Source of the DNA: Tannockella kyphosi
Lineage (GTDB): Bacteria; Bacillota_I; Bacilli_A; Erysipelotrichales; Coprobacillaceae
Assembly (NCBI RefSeq): GCF_021054785.1
Contig: NZ_CP088239.1
Coordinates: 900,001-932,000 of the forward strand
Direction of reading: 5' to 3'
Length of the DNA: 32,000 bases
Of this stretch, positions 8,411 to 17,477 are shown one piece after another. The translations under genes were made by a program, and so were the position numbers. Under the pieces are notes generated by a model that saw only the letters and a program-made list of their open reading frames with translations, searched no databases and was not told where the DNA came from. The first letter of the stretch is position 1. Each line of letters begins with the position of its first letter.

Positions 8411-8734
8411 ATGAAAATGAAAAATATTTTATTAGTTTGTTCGGCTGGTATGTCAACAAGTTTATTAGTAACAAAAATGGAAGGTGCAGCTAAAGAAGCT
8501 GGAATCGAATGTAAAATTTTTGCATTACCATTCTCAGATGCACCAAGAGTATTAGAAGAAGTAGACTGTATCTTATTAGGACCACAAGTTAGATTCCAAA
8601 AAGCTGCAATTGAAAAATTAGCTGAAGGACGTAAAGGTGGAGCAATTCCTGTTGATGTAATCGATATGAGAGATTATGGAACAATGAATGGTAAAGCTGT
8701 ATTTGAAGCTGCTTTAAAATTATTAGGAGAATAA
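8411..8734 (+). CDS. PTS lactose/cellobiose-family EIIB component (stand-alone)
   Basis: Start moved to ATG 8411 behind SD AAGGAG. The LLVCSAGMSTS active-site Cys loop of ChbB/LicB-type EIIB is present. 107 aa. Confidence 0.85.
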   Translation: MKMKNILLVCSAGMSTSLLVTKMEGAAKEAGIECKIFALPFSDAPRVLEEVDCILLGPQVRFQKAAIEKLAEGRKGGAIPVDVIDMRDYGTMNGKAVFEAALKLLGE

Positions 8735-8742
8735 TTCAACTA

Positions 8743-8775
8743 GAAAAGGGGAGGCATTTGCTTCCTTTTTTATTT
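8743..8775 (+). terminator. Rho-independent terminator after EIIB
   Basis: The GAAAAGGGGAGGC / GCTTCCTTTTTT stem contains G-U pairs and has an ATTT loop. A T-run follows. Confidence 0.6.
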
Positions 8776-8851
8776 TACAGATTGTATACAAAATATGTTT
8801 TTTTTTACTTCCTTGTATGATATAATATTAAAAATTTAGGAGGGATAAGAA

Positions 8852-9124
8852 ATGGAAAAAGGAATTATTACAGTTGTTGGTGCTGACCAAGTAGGTATTA
8901 TTGCCGGAGTTTGTACTTTCTTAGCAAAACATGAGGTTAATATTTTGGATATTTCTCAAACAATCATAGAGGGTTATTTTAATATGATGATGGTTGTGGA
9001 TATAAATAACATTAAGGATGATTTTGGAAGTGTTAGTAAAGAAATGGAAGAGTATGGAGATGAATTAGGGGTTATTATTAAATTACAACATGAAAATATC
9101 TTTCATCAGATGCATCGTGTGTAG
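8852..9124 (+). CDS. ACT-domain protein (UPF0237 family)
   Basis: 90 aa. ITVVGADQVGIIAGV is the typical ACT beta1-loop-alpha1. It sits immediately upstream of its usual UPF0210 partner. Confidence 0.8.
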   Translation: MEKGIITVVGADQVGIIAGVCTFLAKHEVNILDISQTIIEGYFNMMMVVDINNIKDDFGSVSKEMEEYGDELGVIIKLQHENIFHQMHRV

Positions 9125-9136
9125 GAGGGATTATTG

Positions 9137-10501
9137 ATGATTAATATTTTTGAGGTTAATGAAACAAATAAAATGATTGAACAAGAGAATTTAGATGTTC
9201 GTACAATTACGTTAGGAATTAGTTTGTTAAGCTGTATGGATGGTGATGTGGATGTAGTATGCCAAAACATTTACAATAAAATTACTACGTACGCTAAAGA
9301 TCTTGTTTCAACAGGGAATGATATTGAAAAGAAATATGGAATTCCTATTGTTAATAAAAGAATTTCAGTTACACCAATTGGTTTTGTGGGAGCAAGTTGT
9401 TGTAAAACAACAGATGATTTTGTTAAAATAGCAAAAGTGTTAGATCGTTGTGCAAAAGAAACCGGAGTTAATTTTATCGGTGGGTATAGTGCAATTGTAA
9501 GTAAAGGAATGACACCTGCTGAAGAGTTACTAATCCGTTCTATACCAGAAGCAATGAAAGTAACAAATAATGTATGTAGCTCAGTAAATGTTGGTTCTTC
9601 AAAAACAGGAATAAACATGGACGCTGTTAAGTTAATGGGAGAAATTATTAAACAAACAGCCCAATATACAAAAGATAATGATTCTATTGGTTGTGCTAAG
9701 TTGGTTGTTTTATGTAATGCACCTGATGATAATCCTTTTATGGCTGGAGCATTCCATGGTGTTAGTGAAGCTGATTGCATTATCAATGTTGGAGTTAGTG
9801 GTCCTGGGGTAGTAAAGAACGCTATTGCTACTGCAAAAGGAAAAGATTTTGGTGAGTTATGTGAAATTATTAAAAAAACAGCTTTTAAAATAACACGTGT
9901 TGGACAATTAGTTGCTTATGAAGCATCGAAAGCTTTAGATATTCCTTTTGGAATTATTGATTTATCTTTAGCACCTACACCTGCTGTTGGGGATAGTATT
10001 GCTGATTGTTTAGAAGGAATGGGATTAGAAAGCGTTGGTGCACCTGGAACAACTGCTGCTCTTGCGATTTTAAATGATCATGTTAAAAAAGGTGGCGTAA
10101 TGGCAAGTAGTCGTGTAGGGGGTCTTTCTGGGGCATTTATTCCTGTTAGTGAAGATCAAGGGATGATTGATGCTGTAAATAGAGGCGCTTTAACATTAGA
10201 AAAATTAGAGGCAATGACATGCGTGTGTTCTGTGGGATTAGATATGATTGCTATTCCTGGTAATACAAGCAATACAATTTTATCAGGGATTATCGCAGAT
10301 GAAATGGCAATTGGGATGATAAATCAAAAAACTACAGCAGTTCGTATTATTCCTGTTATCGGAAAAGATGTTGGTGAAATAGTGGAATTTGGTGGTTTAT
10401 TAGGTTATGCACCAATTATGCCAGTAAATAAATTTGAATGTGCTGAATTTATTAATCGTGGTGGTAGTATACCAGCACCAATTCATAGCTTTAAAAACTA
10501 A
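9137..10501 (+). CDS. UPF0210 / DUF711 family protein
   Basis: About 450 aa. The N-terminus [13 protein letters not shown] and the C-terminal [10 protein letters not shown] match the family as I remember it. ATG 9137 is preferred over TTG 9134 because it gives 7-nt spacing from AGGAGGG. Confidence 0.75.
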   Translation: MINIFEVNETNKMIEQENLDVRTITLGISLLSCMDGDVDVVCQNIYNKITTYAKDLVSTGNDIEKKYGIPIVNKRISVTPIGFVGASCCKTTDDFVKIAKVLDRCAKETGVNFIGGYSAIVSKGMTPAEELLIRSIPEAMKVTNNVCSSVNVGSSKTGINMDAVKLMGEIIKQTAQYTKDNDSIGCAKLVVLCNAPDDNPFMAGAFHGVSEADCIINVGVSGPGVVKNAIATAKGKDFGELCEIIKKTAFKITRVGQLVAYEASKALDIPFGIIDLSLAPTPAVGDSIADCLEGMGLESVGAPGTTAALAILNDHVKKGGVMASSRVGGLSGAFIPVSEDQGMIDAVNRGALTLEKLEAMTCVCSVGLDMIAIPGNTSNTILSGIIADEMAIGMINQKTTAVRIIPVIGKDVGEIVEFGGLLGYAPIMPVNKFECAEFINRGGSIPAPIHSFKN

Positions 10502-10525
10502 AAAAGACGGATAACGTCTTTTTTA
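10501..10525 (+). terminator. Short rho-independent terminator after UPF0210
   Basis: AAAAAGACG GATAA CGTCTTTTT. The SD of the next gene begins only about 10 nt downstream. Confidence 0.55.
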
Positions 10526-10545
10526 AATATTGGGAGGAATCATTT

Positions 10546-11742
10546 ATGGAATTATATATTTATCAATTAGATAATAATCATTTAGACATTAAGGAATGCT
10601 ATCAAAGTTATTTGGATGGGGATTTTAGCAAGGTTGCTATGTCATTAATTGAAATGGCCGATAAATACGACTTTTCACAGAACTTATGGCATAGTTATTT
10701 AACATATCTATTAGTACATAATGAAAATTGTTTTACACTAGCATTAGAGCGAAAAGAAGATATCTCTTTAAGTCTTGAACTAGTTGTGAAAAACGATCTT
10801 GCCTATTTTTATCAATTATTCCAATCTAACATTGAAATCGAAAACAAAGAAATGAACACGCTATTAAAAGACTTTAAAAACACCAAACATATTGTAAATA
10901 AAGAAATATTCTCAATTTTACTAGATTTACAAAATGATTTATCACAAGCCAATAATATTCATGATTTTTATAATATATTAAAAAATCATTATATTCATTA
11001 TGGTGTTGGAAAATATGGTTTAAATAAAGCATTTCGTTATTATGAAAACTCTATTCGTCCAATCATTCATATTGGTAATGAAAGCTTAGATGATTTAATT
11101 GGTTGTGTTCGTCAAAAACAAGCACTATGTAAAAATACAGAAGCCTTCTTATTAGGTAAAGAGGCTAATAATGTGTTATTATATGGTGACAATGGGACTG
11201 GTAAGTCTAGTAGTATTAAGGCTTTGTTGAATCGATATTATAAAGATGGTCTAAGAATGGTAGAAGTATATAAACATCAATTTATTCAACTACCATCTAT
11301 TATTCAAGAATTACAATCAAGAGATTATAAATTCATTATTTTTATGGATGATTTATCATTTGAAGAGTTTGAAGTAGAATATAAATATTTAAAAGCAGTG
11401 ATAGAAGGTGGGTTAGAGAAAAAACCTGAAAATATTCTTATCTATGCTACAAGTAATCGTCGTCATTTAATTAAACAAACATGGGGTGAAAGAAGTGATG
11501 ATGAAATTAATGTAAATGATGCAAAACAAGAAAAATTATCATTAAGTGCTCGTTTTGGAGAATCTATTTTATTTGCACATCCTGATCGTAAAGAGTATTT
11601 AGAAATTATCGATGCACTAGCAGTACGTTATAAACGAATGGAAGACAAAGAAAAATTACATGCTAGCGCTCTTACTTGGGCTATCCGCCATGGTGGATAT
11701 TCTGGAAGAATAGCAAAACAGTTTATTTTATCTTTAGATTAG
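10546..11742 (+). CDS. DUF815-type AAA-family ATPase
   Basis: Walker A LLYGDNGTGKSS and Walker B FIIFMDDLSF. TSNRRHL resembles the DUF815 (PF05673) family. The N-terminal 180 aa or so are unassigned. Confidence 0.7.
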   Translation: MELYIYQLDNNHLDIKECYQSYLDGDFSKVAMSLIEMADKYDFSQNLWHSYLTYLLVHNENCFTLALERKEDISLSLELVVKNDLAYFYQLFQSNIEIENKEMNTLLKDFKNTKHIVNKEIFSILLDLQNDLSQANNIHDFYNILKNHYIHYGVGKYGLNKAFRYYENSIRPIIHIGNESLDDLIGCVRQKQALCKNTEAFLLGKEANNVLLYGDNGTGKSSSIKALLNRYYKDGLRMVEVYKHQFIQLPSIIQELQSRDYKFIIFMDDLSFEEFEVEYKYLKAVIEGGLEKKPENILIYATSNRRHLIKQTWGERSDDEINVNDAKQEKLSLSARFGESILFAHPDRKEYLEIIDALAVRYKRMEDKEKLHASALTWAIRHGGYSGRIAKQFILSLD

Positions 11743-11749
11743 AGGAATT

Positions 11750-13450
11750 ATGAAAATATTAACTATTAATGATTTTGATACAGTACAACCATATATAGAA
11801 AAAGCAAATTATAAAGGTTATAATTCAAATTTTGTGACATTAATGATGTGGAATCACGAATATCATATTCAATATGATATAGTTGATGATATTTTAATGA
11901 TGCTTTTAGAATTTGATAATCATCAATTCTTTTCAATGCCTTTTTGCATAAAAGATAAAATACCTCAAGCAATAGAATGGATGAAAGTATATGCTCATGA
12001 TCATCATATTGAGTTTCGTATAGAATGCGTTACTAAAGATATTCGTGATTATATTCAATCATTATATAAAGATGATTTTTCTTATGTTCAACACTTAGGA
12101 TATAGTGATTATATTTATGATTTATCTACTTTAGTTTCATTAAAAGGCAAAAAAATGCAAAAAAGACGTAATCATTATAATTATTTTTTAAAACAATATA
12201 ATAATTTTGTATTTAAAGAAATAGAGGTTGATGATTTTTACAATATTTATCAATGTTTAGAACAATGGTCTACACTTCATCAAGATGATGAAATGGTCAA
12301 TAGTGAATTTATTGGTATTTCTTATCTATTAAATAATTTAGAAAAATTACCTGTAAAAACAGGATGTATTTATCTAGATGGAAAATTAGAAGCATTTACG
12401 ATTGGATCATTGTTACCTCATAGTACAGTTCAAATACATGTAGAAAAAGCTAACAAAGATATCCGTGGTTTATATGTTGCTATTAATAAATTGTTTTTAG
12501 AATATCATTATAGCGACTATTTGTATGTTAATAGAGAAGAAGATATGGGTATTGAATCTTTACGTAAAGCGAAACAATCGTTGCATCCTATTGATATGAT
12601 TGATAAATATCGTATTTTTTATAATCAATATATTATTGAAGAAAATGAGGATGCATATAAAGATCAATTGATTGAATTATGGAAAAACAATTTTGATGAT
12701 GAAGATGATGAATCAACAGAATATTTCTTTTCCTATCATTATCCTATCAATGATTGTTTTGTAATGACCTATCATCAACAAGTAATATCTTGTGTTTTTG
12801 TTCATCAATACAATACGGAAGCTGGGTTAGTTAACTATGTGGTGGGTGTTGCTACCAAAATAGAACATCAACATAATCATTGTATGAAACATCTTTTACA
12901 ACATGTTATGCAATTAGAAAAATTTAAAGATTATCCTTTTTATTTAATGACAGATAAACCATTTGTATATGAAAGCTTAGGATTTCAAGAGTTATATTAT
13001 AAAAACAAATTACTGATCAACACTTTTGATGATTCAGTTTGTACGTTAGACAATCATAAAGCATCATGTTATGAAATGTTGGATTTATATAATCAAGTAA
13101 TGACCAATTTTAGTGGCTATCGAATTAGAGATATTGATTATTATGAGTTATTTCTAATTAGAGCTGTTGCTTATAAACAAGTTGTTTTGTGTTATTATCA
13201 GGATGATAAATTGGTTGGATATCTGTTGTATTCTATTCAAAATGAAATTGTTATTGATGAAATTATATGCTTAAATTCTAATATTTTTAAACAAATGATA
13301 CAATCTTTTAAAGGTTTTAATAAATCAATTATCGTTTATTGTGATATTACTAATGATGTAAATTTTAATTATAAAAGAGTTTGTGTTATGTATTCTAATC
13401 TAAATATATTGAATTCAAAAAATCCTTTATTTATAAGTGAAATCATGTAA
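11750..13450 (+). CDS. Two-module protein: N-terminal DUF2156 (MprF C-terminal/LPG-synthase-like acyltransferase fold) + C-terminal Eis-like GNAT-type region
   Basis: The N-terminal roughly 295 aa resemble stand-alone DUF2156 proteins (NFVTLMMWNHEY..., KGKKMQKRRNHYNYF). The C-terminal half has GNAT-like VVGVATKIEHQH...YESLGFQE. Assigned from memory of the families, not from a search. Confidence 0.5.
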   Translation: MKILTINDFDTVQPYIEKANYKGYNSNFVTLMMWNHEYHIQYDIVDDILMMLLEFDNHQFFSMPFCIKDKIPQAIEWMKVYAHDHHIEFRIECVTKDIRDYIQSLYKDDFSYVQHLGYSDYIYDLSTLVSLKGKKMQKRRNHYNYFLKQYNNFVFKEIEVDDFYNIYQCLEQWSTLHQDDEMVNSEFIGISYLLNNLEKLPVKTGCIYLDGKLEAFTIGSLLPHSTVQIHVEKANKDIRGLYVAINKLFLEYHYSDYLYVNREEDMGIESLRKAKQSLHPIDMIDKYRIFYNQYIIEENEDAYKDQLIELWKNNFDDEDDESTEYFFSYHYPINDCFVMTYHQQVISCVFVHQYNTEAGLVNYVVGVATKIEHQHNHCMKHLLQHVMQLEKFKDYPFYLMTDKPFVYESLGFQELYYKNKLLINTFDDSVCTLDNHKASCYEMLDLYNQVMTNFSGYRIRDIDYYELFLIRAVAYKQVVLCYYQDDKLVGYLLYSIQNEIVIDEIICLNSNIFKQMIQSFKGFNKSIIVYCDITNDVNFNYKRVCVMYSNLNILNSKNPLFISEIM

Positions 13451-13473
13451 TTGTCGATTGTTGTCTAAAAACC

Positions 13474-13502
13474 TTGACTTATGTAGTACTCCTTATTAAA
13501 AT
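13474..13502 (+). promoter_or_regulatory. Sigma-70-type promoter for purF
   Basis: TTGACT (13474-13479) - 17 nt - TAAAAT (13497-13502). Confidence 0.55.
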
Positions 13503-13532
13503 GTTAATGAACATTTTGTAAGGAGGTTTTTT

Positions 13533-14924
13533 ATGGATAGAGAATTACATGAGGAATGTGGCGTATTTGCTATTTATGGTAGTAAAAATGCTGCTAGTAT
13601 GTGTTATTATGGATTACATAGTTTGCAACATCGTGGTCAAGAAGCTGCTGGTATTTTAGTAAAAGATGACTGCGAGTTTAATATACAAAAAGGGGAAGGA
13701 TTAGTTACTGAAGTTTTTGATACGTCTAGTCTTTTAAAATTAAAAGGGGATGTTGCTATTGGGCATGTCCGTTATTCTACTGCAGGTGGTGGTGGACTGG
13801 CAAATGTACAACCACTTTTATTCCGTACAATGCAAGGGTCATTAGGAATTGCTCATAATGGAAATATTGTCAATGCAAACGAACTAAAAAGAGAATTAGA
13901 GGCTCAAGGAAGTATCTTTTCATCTACTTCGGATACTGAAATTTTAGGCCATTTAATTAAAAGACAAGAAGGTCATATGATTGATAGAATCTGCCTTTCT
14001 TTAGAAAAGCTAGATGGAGCTTTTGCTTTTTTAATTCTAATTGAAAATGCATTATATGTAGCTAGAGATAAATATGGTTTAAGACCTTTATCTATTGGTA
14101 TCATGCCTGATGGAGCGTATGTTTTTTCTTCAGAAACTTGTGCTTTTGATATTGTTGGTGCTAAATATTTAAGGGATGTGGAACCAGGTGAAGTTGTTCG
14201 TGTAAAAAAAGATCAATTACTTACAAAAAAATATACACAAGCTGTTAGTGATACAATGTGTGCTATGGAATATATTTATTTTTCAAGACCAGATAGTGAT
14301 TTAGATGGGATTAATGTTCATACAACTAGAAAAGAAGCTGGGAAACAATTATTTAGAGAAGCACCAATTGATGTAGATGTTATTATTGGTGTTCCAGATT
14401 CTTCTATTTCTGCTGCTATTGGGTATTCTGAAGAAAGTGGTATTCCTTATGAAATGGGGCTAGTTAAAAATAAATATGTTGGTAGAACATTTATACAACC
14501 AACTCAAGAAATGAGAGAGCAAGGTGTTCGTATGAAGTTATCTGCTGTTTCATCTATTGTGCGTAATAAAAAAGTAGTGATGATTGATGATTCAATTGTG
14601 CGTGGAACTACTTCAAAACGAATCGTTCATTTATTAAAAGAGGCTGGTGCAAAAGAAGTACATGTACGTATTGCTTCTCCAGCGATTAAGTTCCCTTGTT
14701 TTTATGGAGTAGATACTTCTTCAATGGATGAACTAATATCAAATAAAATGGATATTGATAAATTATGTACTTATATCGAAGCTGATTCTTTGGCTTTTAT
14801 TAGTGAAGCAGGGATTAGTAGAGCAATTCATGGAAATAGTACGACTAGTAAATGTAGTTTATGCCTAGCTTGTTTTAATGGGGATTATGTAACAGAATTA
14901 TATGATTCATTTGAAAATAATTAG
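13533..14924 (+). CDS. purF: Amidophosphoribosyltransferase (Fe-S, propeptide type)
   Basis: MDRELHEECGVFAIYG (propeptide plus catalytic Cys). PRPP loop VVMIDDSIVRGTTS. C-terminal Cys ligands CFYGVD...CLACF. Confidence 0.95.
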   Translation: MDRELHEECGVFAIYGSKNAASMCYYGLHSLQHRGQEAAGILVKDDCEFNIQKGEGLVTEVFDTSSLLKLKGDVAIGHVRYSTAGGGGLANVQPLLFRTMQGSLGIAHNGNIVNANELKRELEAQGSIFSSTSDTEILGHLIKRQEGHMIDRICLSLEKLDGAFAFLILIENALYVARDKYGLRPLSIGIMPDGAYVFSSETCAFDIVGAKYLRDVEPGEVVRVKKDQLLTKKYTQAVSDTMCAMEYIYFSRPDSDLDGINVHTTRKEAGKQLFREAPIDVDVIIGVPDSSISAAIGYSEESGIPYEMGLVKNKYVGRTFIQPTQEMREQGVRMKLSAVSSIVRNKKVVMIDDSIVRGTTSKRIVHLLKEAGAKEVHVRIASPAIKFPCFYGVDTSSMDELISNKMDIDKLCTYIEADSLAFISEAGISRAIHGNSTTSKCSLCLACFNGDYVTELYDSFENN

Positions 14925-15157
14925 TAATATAAAAACCTCAATTCTATTAAGGCTATTGGGGTATAGTATTTACTTAGCTATCAGGTAACTTAGAGCTTTA
15001 TTGAAAGCCTAAGTTTATAGTGTATATGCAGCAATTTTAGTTGCCGATGCTCTAGGAAAATAATAATTAGTTCTAAGGTATCGACTAATTGGGTTTATTT
15101 AAACCTCAAAGTTTATGGGACTTAGAAAATTGTTTTATCACCTACATTTTTGAAAAT

Positions 15158-15187
15158 AACAAGATATTTTATATCTTGTTTTTTTTT
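15158..15187 (+). terminator. Rho-independent terminator 233 nt downstream of the purF stop
   Basis: AACAAGATAT (15158-15167) pairs perfectly with ATATCTTGTT (15171-15180). Seven or more T follow. Confidence 0.8.
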
Positions 15188-15261
15188 ATAGGTTAGGGAA
15201 TGGTGATATCACTTTCTAATACAAATAGTATATGGCTATTACAGACAACTAATAAGATATT

Positions 15262-15311
15262 GCCAAAATAAAAAGCTATTAGGAATGTAGAATACTATAA
15301 ACTAATAGCTT
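15262..15311 (-). terminator. Terminator of the IclR gene (hairpin usable on both strands)
   Basis: AAGCTATTAG (15273-15282) pairs perfectly with CTAATAGCTT (15302-15311), with a 19-nt loop. On the minus strand TTTTATTTTGG follows. Confidence 0.55.
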
Positions 15312-15342
15312 ATTTTTAGAAATATTGAATGATCGAGAAAAA

Positions 15343-16104
15343 TCAGTACCCAATATAGCCCATTTTTATCGATATAAGTTGAGCTGATTCTATTACTTGT
15401 TCAATAATTAATGGTAAATTACGATCATTAAAATCTTGTTTTTTTCCACTAACTGAAATACAAGCAACAGCATCACCTTGATAATCATAAATAGGAGCGC
15501 CTACACAACAATGTCCAAGCATATATTCCTCTTTATCCATCGACCATCCTTGTTTACGAACTTTCTTTAGATGTCTTTTGAATTTCTCTTTATCTGTTAT
15601 CGTATTTTTTGTATATTGTTTAAAAGTATGATTTTCTAATCTTCTTTCTAATTCGATTAAAGACATAGAAGACAATAGACACTTTCCAATAGAAGAGCAG
15701 TGAGCTGGTGAAGTATAACCAACATGAGTATATTTAATTGAATTATCAGTTGTATCCAGTTTTTCAATATATACTGTATTATCACCATCTAATATACCTA
15801 AGTGAACAGATAAATTTAATTTAGCTCCTAGGGCAGTTAAAACTGGTTTTGCTTCTACTTGAAGTTCTAGATTATTAATAGCATAACTTGCTAGTTCCGT
15901 AATCTTAGGCCCCCAACGATATTTCCCTTGTTCATTTTGAAATGCATAGCCATGATTTGTTAAAGTTTTTAAAATACGATAAACAGTACTTTTATTTAAG
16001 TCTAAAACATTTCCAATCTCAGTTGGACCCATTGGACTTTCAGATTTTGCTAATAATTCAATAATTAATAATGATTTAACTAGTAAATTTCCTTGATCTG
16101 ACAT
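15343..16104 (-). CDS. IclR-family transcriptional regulator
   Basis: 253 aa. N-terminal wHTH (PTEIGNVLDLNKSTVYRILKTL) plus a C-terminal IclR effector domain of the expected length. Confidence 0.85.
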   Translation of the reverse strand: MSDQGNLLVKSLLIIELLAKSESPMGPTEIGNVLDLNKSTVYRILKTLTNHGYAFQNEQGKYRWGPKITELASYAINNLELQVEAKPVLTALGAKLNLSVHLGILDGDNTVYIEKLDTTDNSIKYTHVGYTSPAHCSSIGKCLLSSMSLIELERRLENHTFKQYTKNTITDKEKFKRHLKKVRKQGWSMDKEEYMLGHCCVGAPIYDYQGDAVACISVSGKKQDFNDRNLPLIIEQVIESAQLISIKMGYIGY

Positions 16105-16139
16105 AATTACCTCCTATATCTATATGTATCCGCTTACAT

Positions 16140-16168
16140 ATATTAACTATGAATTATTTTTATGTAAA
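16140..16168 (-). promoter_or_regulatory. Sigma-70-type promoter for the IclR gene
   Basis: Minus strand: TTTACA - 17 nt - TAATAT. Confidence 0.4.
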
Positions 16169-16176
16169 TAGCAAGT

Positions 16177-16214
16177 GTTTCACCATGTAAAACAGACATT
16201 TTATCATATGAAAC
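16177..16214. promoter_or_regulatory. Candidate IclR operator between the divergent promoters
   Basis: GTTTCAC-CAT-GTAAAAC inverted repeat (16177-16193, 6/7 arm match). A third half-site, ATGAAAC, lies at 16208-16214. Confidence 0.35.
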
Positions 16215-16221
16215 ATCAAAT

Positions 16222-16249
16222 TTGCAATTAATCTATACTAGAATACAAT
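16222..16249 (+). promoter_or_regulatory. Sigma-70-type promoter for the FIST-ALDH operon
   Basis: TTGCAA - 16 nt - TACAAT. Lies 45 nt upstream of ATG 16295. Confidence 0.5.
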
Positions 16250-16294
16250 GAAGTTAACAAGGCGAACGTTACAAACAGAAAGGAAGGTATTCGT

Positions 16295-17455
16295 ATGTTA
16301 AAATCAAAAGTAGGGTATAGCAGTTTAGATGATGCAAAAGCAGCAGGGAAAGAAGCTGCATTAATGGCAAAAGGTAGTGAATCAGAAACAAAATTAGCTT
16401 ATGTATATTGTTCATGTGCATTCGATGTAAAAGAAGTATTACATGGTGTTGCAGAAGTATTACCAACATGTTCATTAGTAGGTAATACATCATTTACTGG
16501 TGTAGTAACACCAGGTGGATATATTGGTGGAGATACTCCATTTGTTGGAATAATGACAGTTGGTAGTGAAGAAATGAGCGTTGGAACAGCAATTGTGGAA
16601 GCTAGTGACTGTGCTTATAGTGCAGGTGTGAAATTAGCACATGATGCAATGAGTGCAGCTGGAAAAGATGTAGCTCCTAAATATTTCTATATGGTTGCTT
16701 CTCCTAAAGAAGAAGAAGATTATTTAAAAGGTATTAGTAGTGTTATTGGTAGAATTCCATTTTTTGGAGGATCTGCAGCAGATAATAGTATTGCAGGAGA
16801 ATGGTCACTATATGAAGGAGAAACAGTAATTTCAGATGGTTGTGCTGTTGCATTTGTTTATGATGCTCCTGATATGGATAATAAATTCTCTGATGCATAT
16901 AAAGAAACAGATGATTATGGAGTTATTACTAAAGTTGAAGGTAAACGTGTCTTAATGGAAATTGATGGAAAACCAGCATGTGAAAAATACATGGAATGGA
17001 CTGGATGTTCTAAGGAAGATGTTAGTGGTGGTAACTTATTAGTAACTACTATTACTTCACCTTTAGGAGTGAAAGATAGATTAGGGGACTTAACTGCAAT
17101 TAGACATCCAATGAATGGAAATGAAGATGGTTCAATGAATATTGGTAATAATTTAGCAGAAAAAACTTGTATTATTCGTATGGAAGCAACTATTGATGAA
17201 TTAATTAGTTCTGTTGAAACAACTTTACAAGAATTATTAGATGGATTAGATCATAAACCTAGTGCATTACACTTAGTTCATTGTGGTGGTAGACGTGCTG
17301 GTATCGGAGATAGAATTGGAGAAGTTGCTGATATCGTTGCTAAAGTAGCAGGAGATATTCCTTATATTATGGAATTTACATTCGGTGAATATGGATTTGT
17401 AAGTGATGAAAATAATACATGTGGTGGATTAATGTTGTCGTTTACAGCATTATAA
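16295..17455 (+). CDS. Stand-alone FIST-domain protein (FIST_N + FIST_C), function unknown
   Basis: 386 aa, Gly/Ala-rich, with FFGGSAADNS and a C-terminal HCGGR...EF.FGE pattern typical of FIST proteins. No output domain. SD AAAGGAAGG. Confidence 0.65.
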   Translation: MLKSKVGYSSLDDAKAAGKEAALMAKGSESETKLAYVYCSCAFDVKEVLHGVAEVLPTCSLVGNTSFTGVVTPGGYIGGDTPFVGIMTVGSEEMSVGTAIVEASDCAYSAGVKLAHDAMSAAGKDVAPKYFYMVASPKEEEDYLKGISSVIGRIPFFGGSAADNSIAGEWSLYEGETVISDGCAVAFVYDAPDMDNKFSDAYKETDDYGVITKVEGKRVLMEIDGKPACEKYMEWTGCSKEDVSGGNLLVTTITSPLGVKDRLGDLTAIRHPMNGNEDGSMNIGNNLAEKTCIIRMEATIDELISSVETTLQELLDGLDHKPSALHLVHCGGRRAGIGDRIGEVADIVAKVAGDIPYIMEFTFGEYGFVSDENNTCGGLMLSFTAL

Positions 17456-17477
17456 AATAATAGAAAGAGGATAAGAT

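Noticed and set aside
8782-8791. Perfect 10-bp palindrome TTGTATACAA upstream of the ACT gene. A similar one, GTGATATCAC, lies at 15203-15212.
   Set aside because: Short AT-rich palindromes are expected by chance at this base composition. No partner regulator or repeated copy supports an operator role.
14955-15140. Tested the purF-downstream region as tRNA, tmRNA, 6S RNA, SRP RNA, RNase P RNA or a purine riboswitch
   Set aside because: There are no T-loop or acceptor features, no GGUUCGA-type motifs, no long 5'/3' closing stem typical of 6S, and no conserved SRP or RNase P motifs. It is kept only as an unclassified candidate in the findings.
14925-15342. Possibility that the IclR-FIST-ALDH cassette is a Xer-dependent integrated element (IMEX) bounded by a second dif-like site in the purF-iclR spacer
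   Set aside because: I found no second sequence with a TTATGT-type XerD arm. The best look-alike (TTTATAG TGTATA TGCAGCAATTT, about 15013-15036) fails on the XerD arm.
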